A stretch of DNA of 32,000 nucleotides. Origin: Pyrobaculum calidifontis JCM 11548 (GTDB lineage Archaea; Thermoproteota; Thermoprotei; Thermoproteales; Thermoproteaceae). Every line of letters starts with the position of its first letter. The stretch's first letter is position 1. The notes below the pieces were generated by a model, which did not search any database, had not been told where the DNA came from, and saw nothing but the letters and a program-made list of their open reading frames with translations. The position numbers were made by a program, and so were the translations under genes. The stretch lies in NCBI RefSeq assembly GCF_000015805.1, contig NC_009073.1:1590001-1622000 (forward strand), written 5' to 3'. Below, one piece after another: positions 22,462 through 30,933 of the stretch.

Positions 22462-22761
22462 ATGGTCAAGCGGACTCACGGCTACCGTTACAAGAGCCGG
22501 AAGTTGCTCTCTAAGGCACCACGGGAGCGCGGAATGTCGGGACTCTCTAGGCTTCTCTATGAGTATAAGCCGGGCGACAAGGTGGTGATAGACATAGATC
22601 CGACGTTTATCTCAACGGCGCCCCACCGGCGGTACCAAGGCAAAGTTGGCGTCGTAATAGGCACACGGGGGAGGGCATATGTAATAGAGACGTACATTGG
22701 GGACAAGAAGAAGATCATAATAACGACGCCGGAGCATTTGAGGCCACACTTGGGAGGCTGA
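22462..22761 (+). CDS. rpl21e: 50S ribosomal protein L21e
   Basis: MVKRTHGYRYKSRKLL ... YKPGDKVVIDIDP ... RRYQGKVGVV is the canonical L21e sequence. The 20-codon upstream extension in the ORF track is not L21e-like. Confidence 0.9.
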   Translation: MVKRTHGYRYKSRKLLSKAPRERGMSGLSRLLYEYKPGDKVVIDIDPTFISTAPHRRYQGKVGVVIGTRGRAYVIETYIGDKKKIIITTPEHLRPHLGG

Positions 22762-22771
22762 GCGAGCGGTT

Positions 22772-23521
22772 CTAGGGGGGCAGTTGCGCGTCTTCTCCGC
22801 CTGTGTAGTGTAGCTGTATTTGGTAGTAGAGCTTGTCGAGACCCTCACCGGTTTTTGCAGACACGAATATGGGCTCAATGAATCCGCCTAGGTTGGCCAC
22901 TGATCGGAGTATCTCTTTCTCATACCTGGGGAGCTCTATGGACTCGAGGAGGATGTCGGGGTCCTCGGCCCATTGGGCTATGTTGGCAACTGCCTCTTCG
23001 CTCAAGAGATCCGCCTTATTAACCACGAGGACTTGGGGCTTCTTGAAGCGTATTCTGCTCGAGAGCGCGAGGAGCATCGTGGTTGCAAAGCCGTCGACGC
23101 TTTGGACGTAGACTGCGTCTGCCACGTATACTACTAGGCTGTGGACGTCTGAGAGCTTCTGCACGAGGTAGGCGCCGCTCTGTCTAAATGCGAACAACTC
23201 CATTTGGCCGGGCGTATCGATTAGGTATATTGGGGCTCCCACCACTTCCATTTCTTCCTTGATTCTCTCCGCCTCCGTGACCACCATGTCCACGGCGGCT
23301 ATTATAGACGCGTTGGGGCCCAACTTAAACTGCTTCATTATCTTCCTCGCGCTAATCCTATCCCGAATGTCTATGTCGGGAGTGTAGGGGAGATACTCCG
23401 CCGCTGGGTCTAAGTTGACGACACCGACGTCGTAGCCTTGGTCGTCGAGCCAGTTATACAACGCAGACACTAGCGTTGACTTGCCTGAGCCAGCCGTGCC
23501 GATGAAAAATACTGTATACAT
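22772..23521 (-). CDS. GPN-loop GTPase (PAB0955 / Npa3-XAB1 family)
   Basis: P-loop GTAGSGKST, VNLDPAAE, the GPN motif in KLGPNASI, DTPGQMELF and NKADL. Confidence 0.85.
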   Translation of the reverse strand: MYTVFFIGTAGSGKSTLVSALYNWLDDQGYDVGVVNLDPAAEYLPYTPDIDIRDRISARKIMKQFKLGPNASIIAAVDMVVTEAERIKEEMEVVGAPIYLIDTPGQMELFAFRQSGAYLVQKLSDVHSLVVYVADAVYVQSVDGFATTMLLALSSRIRFKKPQVLVVNKADLLSEEAVANIAQWAEDPDILLESIELPRYEKEILRSVANLGGFIEPIFVSAKTGEGLDKLYYQIQLHYTGGEDAQLPP

Positions 23522-23527
23522 TGCGGA

Positions 23528-23821
23528 CTACTGCCCTCTTATTCTCCTTATTTCCTCAGCCACCTTGGCCGCTATGGAGGCCGGCTTCTCGTCGCTTTTC
23601 ACTAGGAAATAGCCGCGCGCCCGTTCTTCAAACCAAAGCGGGGGGTACTTCTTCTCGGGGTAGGACTCGTAGCTGTAGCCCAGTCTTCTCAAGGCCTCCT
23701 CTACCTCTTGTATCGTGGGCTTGGGAACTGCGACGCCTTTTGCGATTATTCTGCCTCTGGATTTGGGTATTGTGGAGTCTAGGTATACAAGCCAGAGGAT
23801 TCGGCCTCCCCTTTTCTTCAT
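23528..23821 (-). CDS. srp19: Signal recognition particle protein SRP19
   Basis: ILWLVYLDSTIPKSRGRIIAK is the SRP19 signature (W..Y.D...SR..GRR). 97 aa. The start overlaps the S8e stop by 4 nt. Confidence 0.8.
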   Translation of the reverse strand: MKKRGGRILWLVYLDSTIPKSRGRIIAKGVAVPKPTIQEVEEALRRLGYSYESYPEKKYPPLWFEERARGYFLVKSDEKPASIAAKVAEEIRRIRGQ

Positions 23822-24213
23822 TCTATGAGGACGGCGTTTATCACGCCGTCTTGGCCGGGGCGCGAGGTGACCACGGCCTTCCCCACCTCCGTCTGGATAA
23901 TGGCCCCCTTAACTATGTAGTTCCGCCTCGCGTAGTCGGGGTTTGATGGGGAGGAAACTATTGAGAGAATTTTCGCTTTTACATGGCGCCTCTCCTTAGG
24001 TATGTAGACATTTGCATATCTGGCCTGCCTCAGCCTCACCTTGTGGTTGCCTCCTCTTACCCTCTCCACGTATCTGATATCCTCTTCCCCTAGCTTTGGA
24101 ATCTGTGGGGGACCTCCGCCGAGCGCCTTCTTTTTCGTCTTTCTTACCCTTCCCTTCTTGCCTCCGCTTGGCTTTACTAAGTCTCCACCTTTGTAAAACG
24201 CCCCCAGCTTCAC
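23818..24213 (-). CDS. rps8e: 30S ribosomal protein S8e
   Basis: KPSGGKKGRVRKTKKKALGG ... VRGGNHKVRLRQARYANV is typical S8e. TATA tttataag at about 24233-24240. Confidence 0.9.
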   Translation of the reverse strand: MKLGAFYKGGDLVKPSGGKKGRVRKTKKKALGGGPPQIPKLGEEDIRYVERVRGGNHKVRLRQARYANVYIPKERRHVKAKILSIVSSPSNPDYARRNYIVKGAIIQTEVGKAVVTSRPGQDGVINAVLIE

Positions 24214-24319
24214 GCCCCCACTACTTGGTGGGGTTTATAAGTCATCAGCCTTTATCTGCCTTGCGGTAATACGGGGATATTGGGGGGAACTCTTATTAAA
24301 CTAAGCTTCTTAAAAGGCA

Positions 24320-24568
24320 ATGAAACGTATTGGAGTTGCTCTTCACTACTCACGTATGGGGAACCTCGTGGTGCGTCTCTCCGAGGTTCCCCCGCTTTAT
24401 GTAAATGTGTATACCTTCACGATGAAAAAGGTGGGGGTGTTGTACGACGTAATTGGCAACGTTAAAAGCCCCTACGGGCTTGTAAAGCCCCTAGCCAAAG
24501 ATGAGAGCATAATTGGACAGTCGCTGTATGTAAGACTTCAGGACCTGGAGAAGAGGAGGGGGAGATGA
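24320..24568 (+). CDS. gar1: H/ACA ribonucleoprotein complex subunit Gar1
   Basis: MKRIGVALHYSRMGNLVVR ... VGVLYDVIGNVKSPYGLVKP is the Gar1 barrel signature. The stop overlaps the tfb start (ATGA). Confidence 0.8.
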   Translation: MKRIGVALHYSRMGNLVVRLSEVPPLYVNVYTFTMKKVGVLYDVIGNVKSPYGLVKPLAKDESIIGQSLYVRLQDLEKRRGR

Positions 24569-25461
24569 CCCGGAGACTTATCTTCGAGGTGGAGGAGTAT
24601 CGCTGCCCTGTGTGCGGCAGCGACAAAAACATAGTTATCGACTACGAGGGGGGGCAGATAATTTGTAAAAACTGTGGAACTGTACTAAAGGAGGGAGTCG
24701 CCGACTTGGGCCCAGAATGGAGGAAGCCTGAGGCGTCTAGGGCTTATGCAGGGCCCATAGGATCCTCCATTGGCGATATTGAGCGTGGAAATGTGAAAAT
24801 CACGGATAAGCTCAGGGCCATAATGCTTGGCAAATTCTCAAAGCCTATGTCGACGCCGTTGGAGCGCCTTGAATTAGATGCTAGAGAGTTTTTTGAAAGT
24901 GCCAGAGTTAGAATTGGCCTCCCTAAGGTGGTTGTAGACGAAGCTGTGGCTCTGTATAGGGAGGTGTATAAGGCGGGCTTTAGGGCTCCTAGGATCGAGG
25001 GGTACGCCGCCGTGTTGTACTTTGTTGCAAAGAGGCATGGGCTAGCTTCGGTGACTCTAAAGGCTTTGACGGAGAAGTTGGGCATTGATAGGTCGGCCCT
25101 TATCTCTGCTTATATGGAACTTATGAAGGTGGCGCTAAGCCTCGGCATTAGGCCGCCGAAGGCAGATCCAAAGATCTACATACCGAGAATAGTCGCGTCG
25201 CTCGGCATAGGAGATGAGAAGTCTGCAGAGGTGCAACGCGTGGCTGTAGACATTTTGCGGTACATAATATCCTCGCCGCGTATTAGAAATGGTAGAAAGC
25301 CCCAAGTCTTGGCCGCGGCGGCCGTCTACTATGCATGTTTCATCGCCGGCGTTGAAGTGACTCAGAAAGAGCTTGCGAGAGCTGCAGACTCCACGGAGGG
25401 GCCTATTAGGGAGCTCTTGAGAGAGCTAGCCGACAAGCTCTACATAGAGCTCACCGTGTAG
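24565..25461 (+). CDS. tfb: Transcription initiation factor B (TFB/TFIIB)
   Basis: N-terminal zinc ribbon CPVCGS...CKNCG, a B-linker, and two cyclin-fold repeats. Confidence 0.95.
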   Translation: MTRRLIFEVEEYRCPVCGSDKNIVIDYEGGQIICKNCGTVLKEGVADLGPEWRKPEASRAYAGPIGSSIGDIERGNVKITDKLRAIMLGKFSKPMSTPLERLELDAREFFESARVRIGLPKVVVDEAVALYREVYKAGFRAPRIEGYAAVLYFVAKRHGLASVTLKALTEKLGIDRSALISAYMELMKVALSLGIRPPKADPKIYIPRIVASLGIGDEKSAEVQRVAVDILRYIISSPRIRNGRKPQVLAAAAVYYACFIAGVEVTQKELARAADSTEGPIRELLRELADKLYIELTV

Positions 25462-25492
25462 AAGGCTTAAAAAGGTCGGCGTAGTGCTCTTT

Positions 25493-25933
25493 GTGTCTTC
25501 CCAGGAATATACAGAGGAGAGTGATGTATTAACCGAGGTGGAGGTGCAAATTTTACAGGGGCTTGAGAGACTTGGCGGAAGCTACCAGCAGAGGAACTTG
25601 TGGAAGTACATTGGGATAGATAGTAAAACTGGTCTGCCCATCTTGGCGAGGCTTGAGAAGCGGGGGTTGATAGTCAGAGAGCGCGTCGGTGGGAATAAAC
25701 GCGGCGTATATACGATAAGGCTGACGGAGAAGGCCTATAAACTGCTCAGCAAGCTGAGGGAGGAGGCTGTTGAGACTTTTAGAGTTGATGAAAGCTCGCT
25801 ACCGGAGGAGCTTAGGCTTCTTCTATCTATACCGTGCACCTACTGTCCATACTCGGACAAATGCGGCGTAAGCTTTATCTCTCCCCAGAACTGCGAATTG
25901 TTCGCCCGGTGGTCTTACAGGCTTAGGGTATGA
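25493..25933 (+). CDS. Winged-helix protein with C-terminal four-Cys cluster; candidate TFE-beta (RPC39/TFIIE-beta-like) subunit
   Basis: The wH core is LTEVEVQILQGLERLGGSYQQRNLWKYIG...LARLEKRGLIVRERV and the C-terminus is CTYCPYSDKCGVSFISPQNC. The domain order matches the described crenarchaeal TFE-beta (wH plus FeS domain). It lies directly downstream of tfb. The start was refined to the GTG at 25493, 23 nt from TATA cttaaaaag at 25466-25474. Confidence 0.45.
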   Translation: MSSQEYTEESDVLTEVEVQILQGLERLGGSYQQRNLWKYIGIDSKTGLPILARLEKRGLIVRERVGGNKRGVYTIRLTEKAYKLLSKLREEAVETFRVDESSLPEELRLLLSIPCTYCPYSDKCGVSFISPQNCELFARWSYRLRV

Positions 25934-26490
25934 GCGTGAGGAGTTTTGTGGCTATTGACATAGAAAATCCCGACGTTGTGAAGAAGATTGAGGAGTTTCA
26001 GAGGGAGGTCGCCAAGCTTGGCTTAGACATCAAGTTTGTGGAAAAGGAGAACCTCCACATTACTCTGCGGTTTCTCGGCGAAATACCTCAAAGCCGCGTA
26101 AACGACGTTGTTAGGGCCTTGTCTTCGTTGAGATTTACGCGTTTTTCTATGAGGTTGAGCGGAGTCGGGGTCTTCCCCGACTTGTCAAGGCCGCGGGTTT
26201 TGTGGATAGGCGTGTCGCAGGGCGCAGAGGAGCTTTCGAGGGTTGCCGCCGCCGTTAGAGCGGCCGTGGATAAGTACGCGGAGCATGTCGAGGAGAGAGA
26301 TTTTACGCCGCATCTCACTGTGGGCAGGTTGAAGTCTAGTCGAAACGTGGAAAGGCTTAGGGACCTTGTCGCACGCTACAACGGCGTAGAGTTTGGCGTT
26401 GTGGAAGTGACTAGCATTAAGCTGAAGAAGTCCGTTCTTACTCCGCGTGGACCTATTTATAGCGACTTATTTACGCTAAATCTTACGTGA
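25930..26490 (+). CDS. thpR: RNA 2',3'-cyclic phosphodiesterase / 2'-5' RNA ligase (2H phosphoesterase, LigT/ThpR)
   Basis: Two HxT motifs, HITLRFLGE and HLTVGR. 186 aa. The ATG overlaps the upstream stop (ATGA). Confidence 0.85.
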   Translation: MSVRSFVAIDIENPDVVKKIEEFQREVAKLGLDIKFVEKENLHITLRFLGEIPQSRVNDVVRALSSLRFTRFSMRLSGVGVFPDLSRPRVLWIGVSQGAEELSRVAAAVRAAVDKYAEHVEERDFTPHLTVGRLKSSRNVERLRDLVARYNGVEFGVVEVTSIKLKKSVLTPRGPIYSDLFTLNLT

Positions 26491-27743
26491 GCTTGGAAGA
26501 GGTACTGGAGGAGGCGTATAAGCTCGTAACGCCGACGCCCGAGGAGGAGAAAAAGGTGGCCGAAGTGGCCAGCAACGTTAAAGGTCTCGTGGCCAGGTGG
26601 GTAGAGGAGAGGGGGGTTAGGGCAGAGGTGCAAGTGCTTGGTTCCAGCGCCCGCGGCACGTGGCTACCGGGCCAGAGGGACATAGACATATTTATAGTTC
26701 TAGAGGATAGGTCTATTAAGCCGGAGGAGGTTGTGGAATCTCTTTCCAAGTTTCTAGACGTGGTCGGCGTCAGCTGGGGGCTGAGGTTTGCGCAACATCC
26801 CTACTTGACAGTGTTTATAGACGGCTACGAAGTAGATGTAGTCCCTTGCTACAAAATTAGCCCAGGCGAGAGGCCTATAACTGCCGCAGATCGGTCGCCG
26901 CTTCACCACCAGTTTCTTATGCAGAGAATGACTCAGCAACAGAGACAAGACGTTAGGCTCCTCAAGCTTTTTCTAAAGGCCATAGGGGTCTACGGGGCTG
27001 AGATAAAGGTGGAGGGCTTCTCGGGCTACTTGGCAGAGTTGTTGGTTGTGTACTATGGGAGTTTTCTTGACGTGTTAAAGGCGGCGTCTAAATGGCGCCC
27101 ATACCGCACCTTTATATCTTTCCAAGAGGTTAAGACTAAGTTCAGGGCTCCCCTAGTCGTGGTCGACCCAGTGGACTCTAGTAGAAATGCCGCAGCTGCC
27201 GTGTCTTTAACCTCAATGTCTACCTTTATACTTGCGGCTAGGCGCTTCCTAAAGAGGCCGTCTATGTCGTATTTCCGTCCGACTGTTGGCAAACTTGTAC
27301 AGCCTCTGCACGTCGTAGAGGTGGTGTTTCCCTACCCAGCTGAGCCTCCCGACATAGTTTGGGGGAAGTACAAACGCTTAGGCCGCGCGCTGTTTAACTG
27401 GATTAGGGAATGCGGCTTCAGAGTCTACCGCTGGGGCGTTGAAAGCGACGAGAAAAGCTACGTATCTCTCGTGTATGTCCTAGAGACCGCTGTTCTACCG
27501 CCGTACGTCCTCCACAAGGGGCCTCCGGTATACGACGACGCAGTAGATAAATTTGTAGAGAAATACGTGGGCGAGGACGTGGTAGGCCCATTTGTGCAAG
27601 GTAGTAGAGTTTATGTGATCAAAAGGCGGAAATATACGCAGATAGCCGACTGTATCAAGGCCAAGTTGGGCGGTGGGGAATACGTCGTAAAACTCGGCGA
27701 ATATTCAGGCGAGCTGGTGCGTAAGAACCCGTGGATTACTTAA
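26487..27743 (+). CDS. cca: CCA-adding enzyme (archaeal class I tRNA nucleotidyltransferase)
   Basis: GSSARGTWLPGQRDIDIFIVL is the Pol-beta NTase motif, plus RSPLHH and an archaeal Cca body of 418 aa. The GTG overlaps the upstream stop (GTGA). Confidence 0.9.
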   Translation: MSLEEVLEEAYKLVTPTPEEEKKVAEVASNVKGLVARWVEERGVRAEVQVLGSSARGTWLPGQRDIDIFIVLEDRSIKPEEVVESLSKFLDVVGVSWGLRFAQHPYLTVFIDGYEVDVVPCYKISPGERPITAADRSPLHHQFLMQRMTQQQRQDVRLLKLFLKAIGVYGAEIKVEGFSGYLAELLVVYYGSFLDVLKAASKWRPYRTFISFQEVKTKFRAPLVVVDPVDSSRNAAAAVSLTSMSTFILAARRFLKRPSMSYFRPTVGKLVQPLHVVEVVFPYPAEPPDIVWGKYKRLGRALFNWIRECGFRVYRWGVESDEKSYVSLVYVLETAVLPPYVLHKGPPVYDDAVDKFVEKYVGEDVVGPFVQGSRVYVIKRRKYTQIADCIKAKLGGGEYVVKLGEYSGELVRKNPWIT

Positions 27744-27779
27744 GCGATGTGCTTATAAAACAACAAGTAGTGAAAGACA

Positions 27780-28199
27780 ATGGACGTATACACTGTCAAG
27801 GTCTACGACAATGCCAACAAATTCCTAGAGGATTTAGAGAGGCAGATAAGGGAGCTGGAGGAGTTGACGAAAGTCGCTGGAAGCGAGCTTGAGGGAATTA
27901 AGCCGCAACTTGAGCGGTACAAGAAGTTGCAGGAGCTTCTAAAGAAGTTTGGGGGCGGAGGCGCCGAGAGGGGGGCCCCCATAGAGGTCACAGGCCTTCA
28001 GATATACATAGACCCTAGCCCAATTGTGAAAAGCGAAATTCTTGAAGAGGCGTACAAGCAGATGGTTGACCTGCTCGGCGTCCTTAAGAAGGTGTACGAG
28101 GTCGCCCGCACAGTCATTGAGGAGGGGGAACTGGGCTCCCTCAAAGTGGTTGTACAATTTAAGAACGGCGTCCCCGTTAAACTTGCTGTGAGCGGATAA
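27780..28199 (+). CDS. 139-aa hypothetical protein: N-terminal coiled coil, Gly-rich linker, small C-terminal domain
   Basis: The heptad-like stretch is LEDLERQIRELEELTKVAGSELEGIKPQLERYKKLQELLKKF, followed by GGGGAERGAP. TATA cttataaaa at about 27753-27761 is centred about 23 nt upstream of the ATG, which supports expression. Confidence 0.5.
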   Translation: MDVYTVKVYDNANKFLEDLERQIRELEELTKVAGSELEGIKPQLERYKKLQELLKKFGGGGAERGAPIEVTGLQIYIDPSPIVKSEILEEAYKQMVDLLGVLKKVYEVARTVIEEGELGSLKVVVQFKNGVPVKLAVSG

Positions 28200-28977
28200 T
28201 AGCGCTGGCCTTTGGCCCACTTATAATAATAGGCGCATTCCGCGGGACGGAAAAGACTCTGGCAAGCACGTCGCACTTGGCCCTAAACAAGTGTAACGTC
28301 TGTGCGGCGTTCCACTCGACATACGCTTCGAGGTTTGCAATGCCCTTTGCAATTGCAAATCCCCGTAGCCACCTCACTGGGGATATATTCCCCGGGGTCT
28401 TCACCACGTTGTAGATGCCCAAATCTTTTTCTAGTACGTCTATCTCATATGGCTCGGACCTTACTACAAATGTGGGCTTTATGCCGTTTTTCTCCAGAGC
28501 TTCGGCAACCACGAGGTCTATCTGAGCCTCTCCCGCGTTGTCTAATACGTAGTATACAGAATCTGGAAGGGAGACATACTCCTCAATGGCAGGGAGGTCC
28601 CACACGGCTTCTTCAAGTTTCTTAGGCCTGTACCCCAACACGCTTGTATCCACGATATTGGCTGCTGCGGCTATCCTCAAGGCCATTCTCAAATCCCACG
28701 AGGCTTGGGCGAGTCTATGTCTCACGGACTCGGCAACTCGTTTGCCTATGGCGATGAGTTTCTCCTTGTAGTCCCTATACGGATCCTCTTTTCCGACTAA
28801 ATTTGCCACGACTTGGAAACTTGTTGAAAACGCAACGCTTCTACTGGACTCTTTCAACAGGGCCACCAACTCGTTTAGCAAGTCGGGAAGTTTCTCGGCT
28901 TTGCCGAGCCTAGTTAAGTCGCCTGTTCTTGAGTATATGAGGCAGAGTTTACAATTGGCGTTGTCAAGCCAAGTCAT
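28177..28977 (-). CDS. DUF89 / ARMT1-like metal-dependent phosphatase family protein
   Basis: N-terminal CKLC, the central YVLDNAGEAQIDLV (the DNAGE...D metal-site block of DUF89) and KGIANLE near the C-terminus. The start overlaps the upstream aminotransferase gene by 14 nt. Confidence 0.7.
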   Translation of the reverse strand: MTWLDNANCKLCLIYSRTGDLTRLGKAEKLPDLLNELVALLKESSRSVAFSTSFQVVANLVGKEDPYRDYKEKLIAIGKRVAESVRHRLAQASWDLRMALRIAAAANIVDTSVLGYRPKKLEEAVWDLPAIEEYVSLPDSVYYVLDNAGEAQIDLVVAEALEKNGIKPTFVVRSEPYEIDVLEKDLGIYNVVKTPGNISPVRWLRGFAIAKGIANLEAYVEWNAAQTLHLFRAKCDVLARVFSVPRNAPIIISGPKASAIIRSQQV

Positions 28978-29974
28978 TTACTACTTCTGCAACCCTCTTT
29001 AAATCATCTAGGGTTATGTCGCCCATTACCCCTATTCTGATAGACCTGTCTCTGTATTTATACATACCACCAGCGACGACGTAGCCCGCCGACCTGAGCT
29101 TTGCAATGGCCTCCTTTGGCTTGTCGCAGTAAAACGCGGTAACGGTCAAGCTACGCAGATTTGGGGGCGGTATTGCCTTCAGCTTAACGCTTGAGTACAG
29201 GTAGTCGACTCTTTCCCTATGCATTTCCGTGTATTTAACGCCCTGTTCCAGTATGTAGCTTAGCGAGACGTCTAGTGCGTATAGGACAGGAATTGGAGGT
29301 GTGTAAGGCGTCTCAAAGTGCTCTAAAGACTTTAGAAACTTCCTCAGGTCCATAGATGGGGGCACGCTAGAGGTGGCGCGGGGCTCCTTGGCGAGGTATA
29401 GGATCGAGGCCCCTGGGGGAGCGAGGAGGGCCTTGTGGGAGGCAGTTGCCACCACATCAACGCCAGCCGCCAGGGGTTCTGCCGGGAATCCTGACACGGC
29501 GTCGACGAGCAACAACGCCCCATGCGACTTGACCACGTCGGCGAGCTTTTTCATGTCCTTATACGCAATGGCTGTGCTTGTCTCGTTGTGAACTAATATA
29601 ACCGCTTTTATGCTCCTGTTTTTTCTCAAAACGTCGTCGACCTCGTCGGGGGCCGGCGGGGTGTCTCTCTCCAGCTCCAGTACCGTAGCGCCTCTAGACT
29701 TGGCGCTTTCTGCGGCTCTTTTTCCAAACTCGCCGTAGATAATGGCGAGAACCTCGTCGCCGGGGTTTACATAGTTGTAAATCATCGTGTCCACCGCCAG
29801 CGTGCCGGTGCCAGGCATTACCACAGGCGTTGCTGGGTAGAGCGCGCCCAGCTTTTCTAAAACCGACTTGAAAAGCGCTTTAAATTCCTCGCCTCGGTGG
29901 AACGGCGGTTGCTTGGCCATCGCTTCAATCACAAACCTCGGCAGTTGTACCGGGCCTGGGGTTAAGTACTTCAT
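28964..29974 (-). CDS. Class V aminotransferase (serine-pyruvate / phosphoserine aminotransferase type)
   Basis: MKYLTPGPVQLP, GTGTLAVD and the PLP lysine context TASHKAL. The ATG overlaps the serA stop (ATGA). Confidence 0.85.
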   Translation of the reverse strand: MKYLTPGPVQLPRFVIEAMAKQPPFHRGEEFKALFKSVLEKLGALYPATPVVMPGTGTLAVDTMIYNYVNPGDEVLAIIYGEFGKRAAESAKSRGATVLELERDTPPAPDEVDDVLRKNRSIKAVILVHNETSTAIAYKDMKKLADVVKSHGALLLVDAVSGFPAEPLAAGVDVVATASHKALLAPPGASILYLAKEPRATSSVPPSMDLRKFLKSLEHFETPYTPPIPVLYALDVSLSYILEQGVKYTEMHRERVDYLYSSVKLKAIPPPNLRSLTVTAFYCDKPKEAIAKLRSAGYVVAGGMYKYRDRSIRIGVMGDITLDDLKRVAEVVNDLA

Positions 29975-30891
29975 AACACCCTTTTGACAACTTCCTCTAT
30001 GTTGTCCGCAAGCTCCTCTGCCAGACGCCTCATCGCCTCAAAGGTCTCCGACCCCACATGCGGCGTAACCACCACCTTCTCGTGACTTATGAGCTGACGC
30101 AACGTCTCACTCCTCGGAGGCTCCTCTGGCAATACGTCTAGTCCAACTCCCCAAAGCCTGTCTAAGTGCTTTAGGAGGGCCTCGTGATCTATTACCTCGC
30201 CTCTGCTAGTGTTTATTATTATTGCCCCATCTTTTACCAATGCCAATCTTTCGTCGTTTAACAGTCTGTACGTGGCCGGGGTGAGCGGGACGTGGAGCGA
30301 TATTACGTCGCTTCTCCTTAAAAGCTCCTCTAAGCTCACTTGTCTGCCGCCTATTTTCTCCACCTCGTCTTTGACGTCTATAACGTCGTAGGCCAGTATA
30401 TCCATGCCAAGCCCCCTCGCCGCTTGCGCCACAGCTTTCCCAATACGACCAAATCCAACCACGCCGAGCGTTTTTCCAAATAACTCTATGCCCACATATT
30501 TGCCCTTGGGCCACTCCCCTGCCTTTACCTTTGTGCTGAGGAGGGGTATCCGCCTCGCTACTGCGAACATTAGCCCTATTGTGAGCTCCGCCACGCTTCT
30601 AGCTGGCGCGTTTGGTGCATTCACCACAGAGATTCCTCTCTTCACTGCGTATTCTACGTCGACGTTGTCTAACCCAACGCCGTACCTGGCCAGAATCTTT
30701 AGGTTCCTACCGGCGTCTATTACCTCTTTGTCTATCTTGAGCCTGCCCCTGAAGATTAAAATGTTGTAGTCTCCCACCACTTTTAACAACTCCTCTCTCG
30801 AAATGCCGGGTTTCACATCGGCCCTTATGCCCATCTTCTTTAGCCGCTCTACTATTAACGGGTCTACGGCATCGGCTATTAGAGCCGACAT
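29971..30891 (-). CDS. serA: D-3-phosphoglycerate dehydrogenase / D-isomer-specific 2-hydroxyacid dehydrogenase (no ACT domain)
   Basis: NAD motif GVVGFGRIGKAVA, plus SLHVPLT, INTSRG and TPHVGSET. Confidence 0.8.
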   Translation of the reverse strand: MSALIADAVDPLIVERLKKMGIRADVKPGISREELLKVVGDYNILIFRGRLKIDKEVIDAGRNLKILARYGVGLDNVDVEYAVKRGISVVNAPNAPARSVAELTIGLMFAVARRIPLLSTKVKAGEWPKGKYVGIELFGKTLGVVGFGRIGKAVAQAARGLGMDILAYDVIDVKDEVEKIGGRQVSLEELLRRSDVISLHVPLTPATYRLLNDERLALVKDGAIIINTSRGEVIDHEALLKHLDRLWGVGLDVLPEEPPRSETLRQLISHEKVVVTPHVGSETFEAMRRLAEELADNIEEVVKRVL

Positions 30892-30911
30892 TGGAGGCGG
30901 AATTAGATTCC

Positions 30912-30919
30912 TTTAAAAA
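30912..30919. promoter_or_regulatory. TATA box tttaaaaa of serA, possibly bidirectional
   Basis: The centre is about 24 nt from the serA ATG (30891, minus strand) and about 18-21 nt from the candidate sRNA 5' region and C box (30937, plus strand). Confidence 0.45.
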
Positions 30920-30933
30920 CATTCCATAAAAAA

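Noticed and set aside
22402-22469. Extended starts that make rpl21e and the methyltransferase overlap head-to-head (including the CATG double start at 22461-22464)
   Set aside because: L21e family proteins begin at MVKRTHG. A single TATA at 22434-22441 would lie inside both extended ORFs. Shorter starts at 22462 (plus strand) and 22415 (minus strand) fit the window-wide spacing rule.
24280-24465. 61-aa ORF overlapping the gar1 start region in another frame
   Set aside because: The Gar1 frame carries the family signature and has a TATA at the correct distance. The alternative frame has no support.
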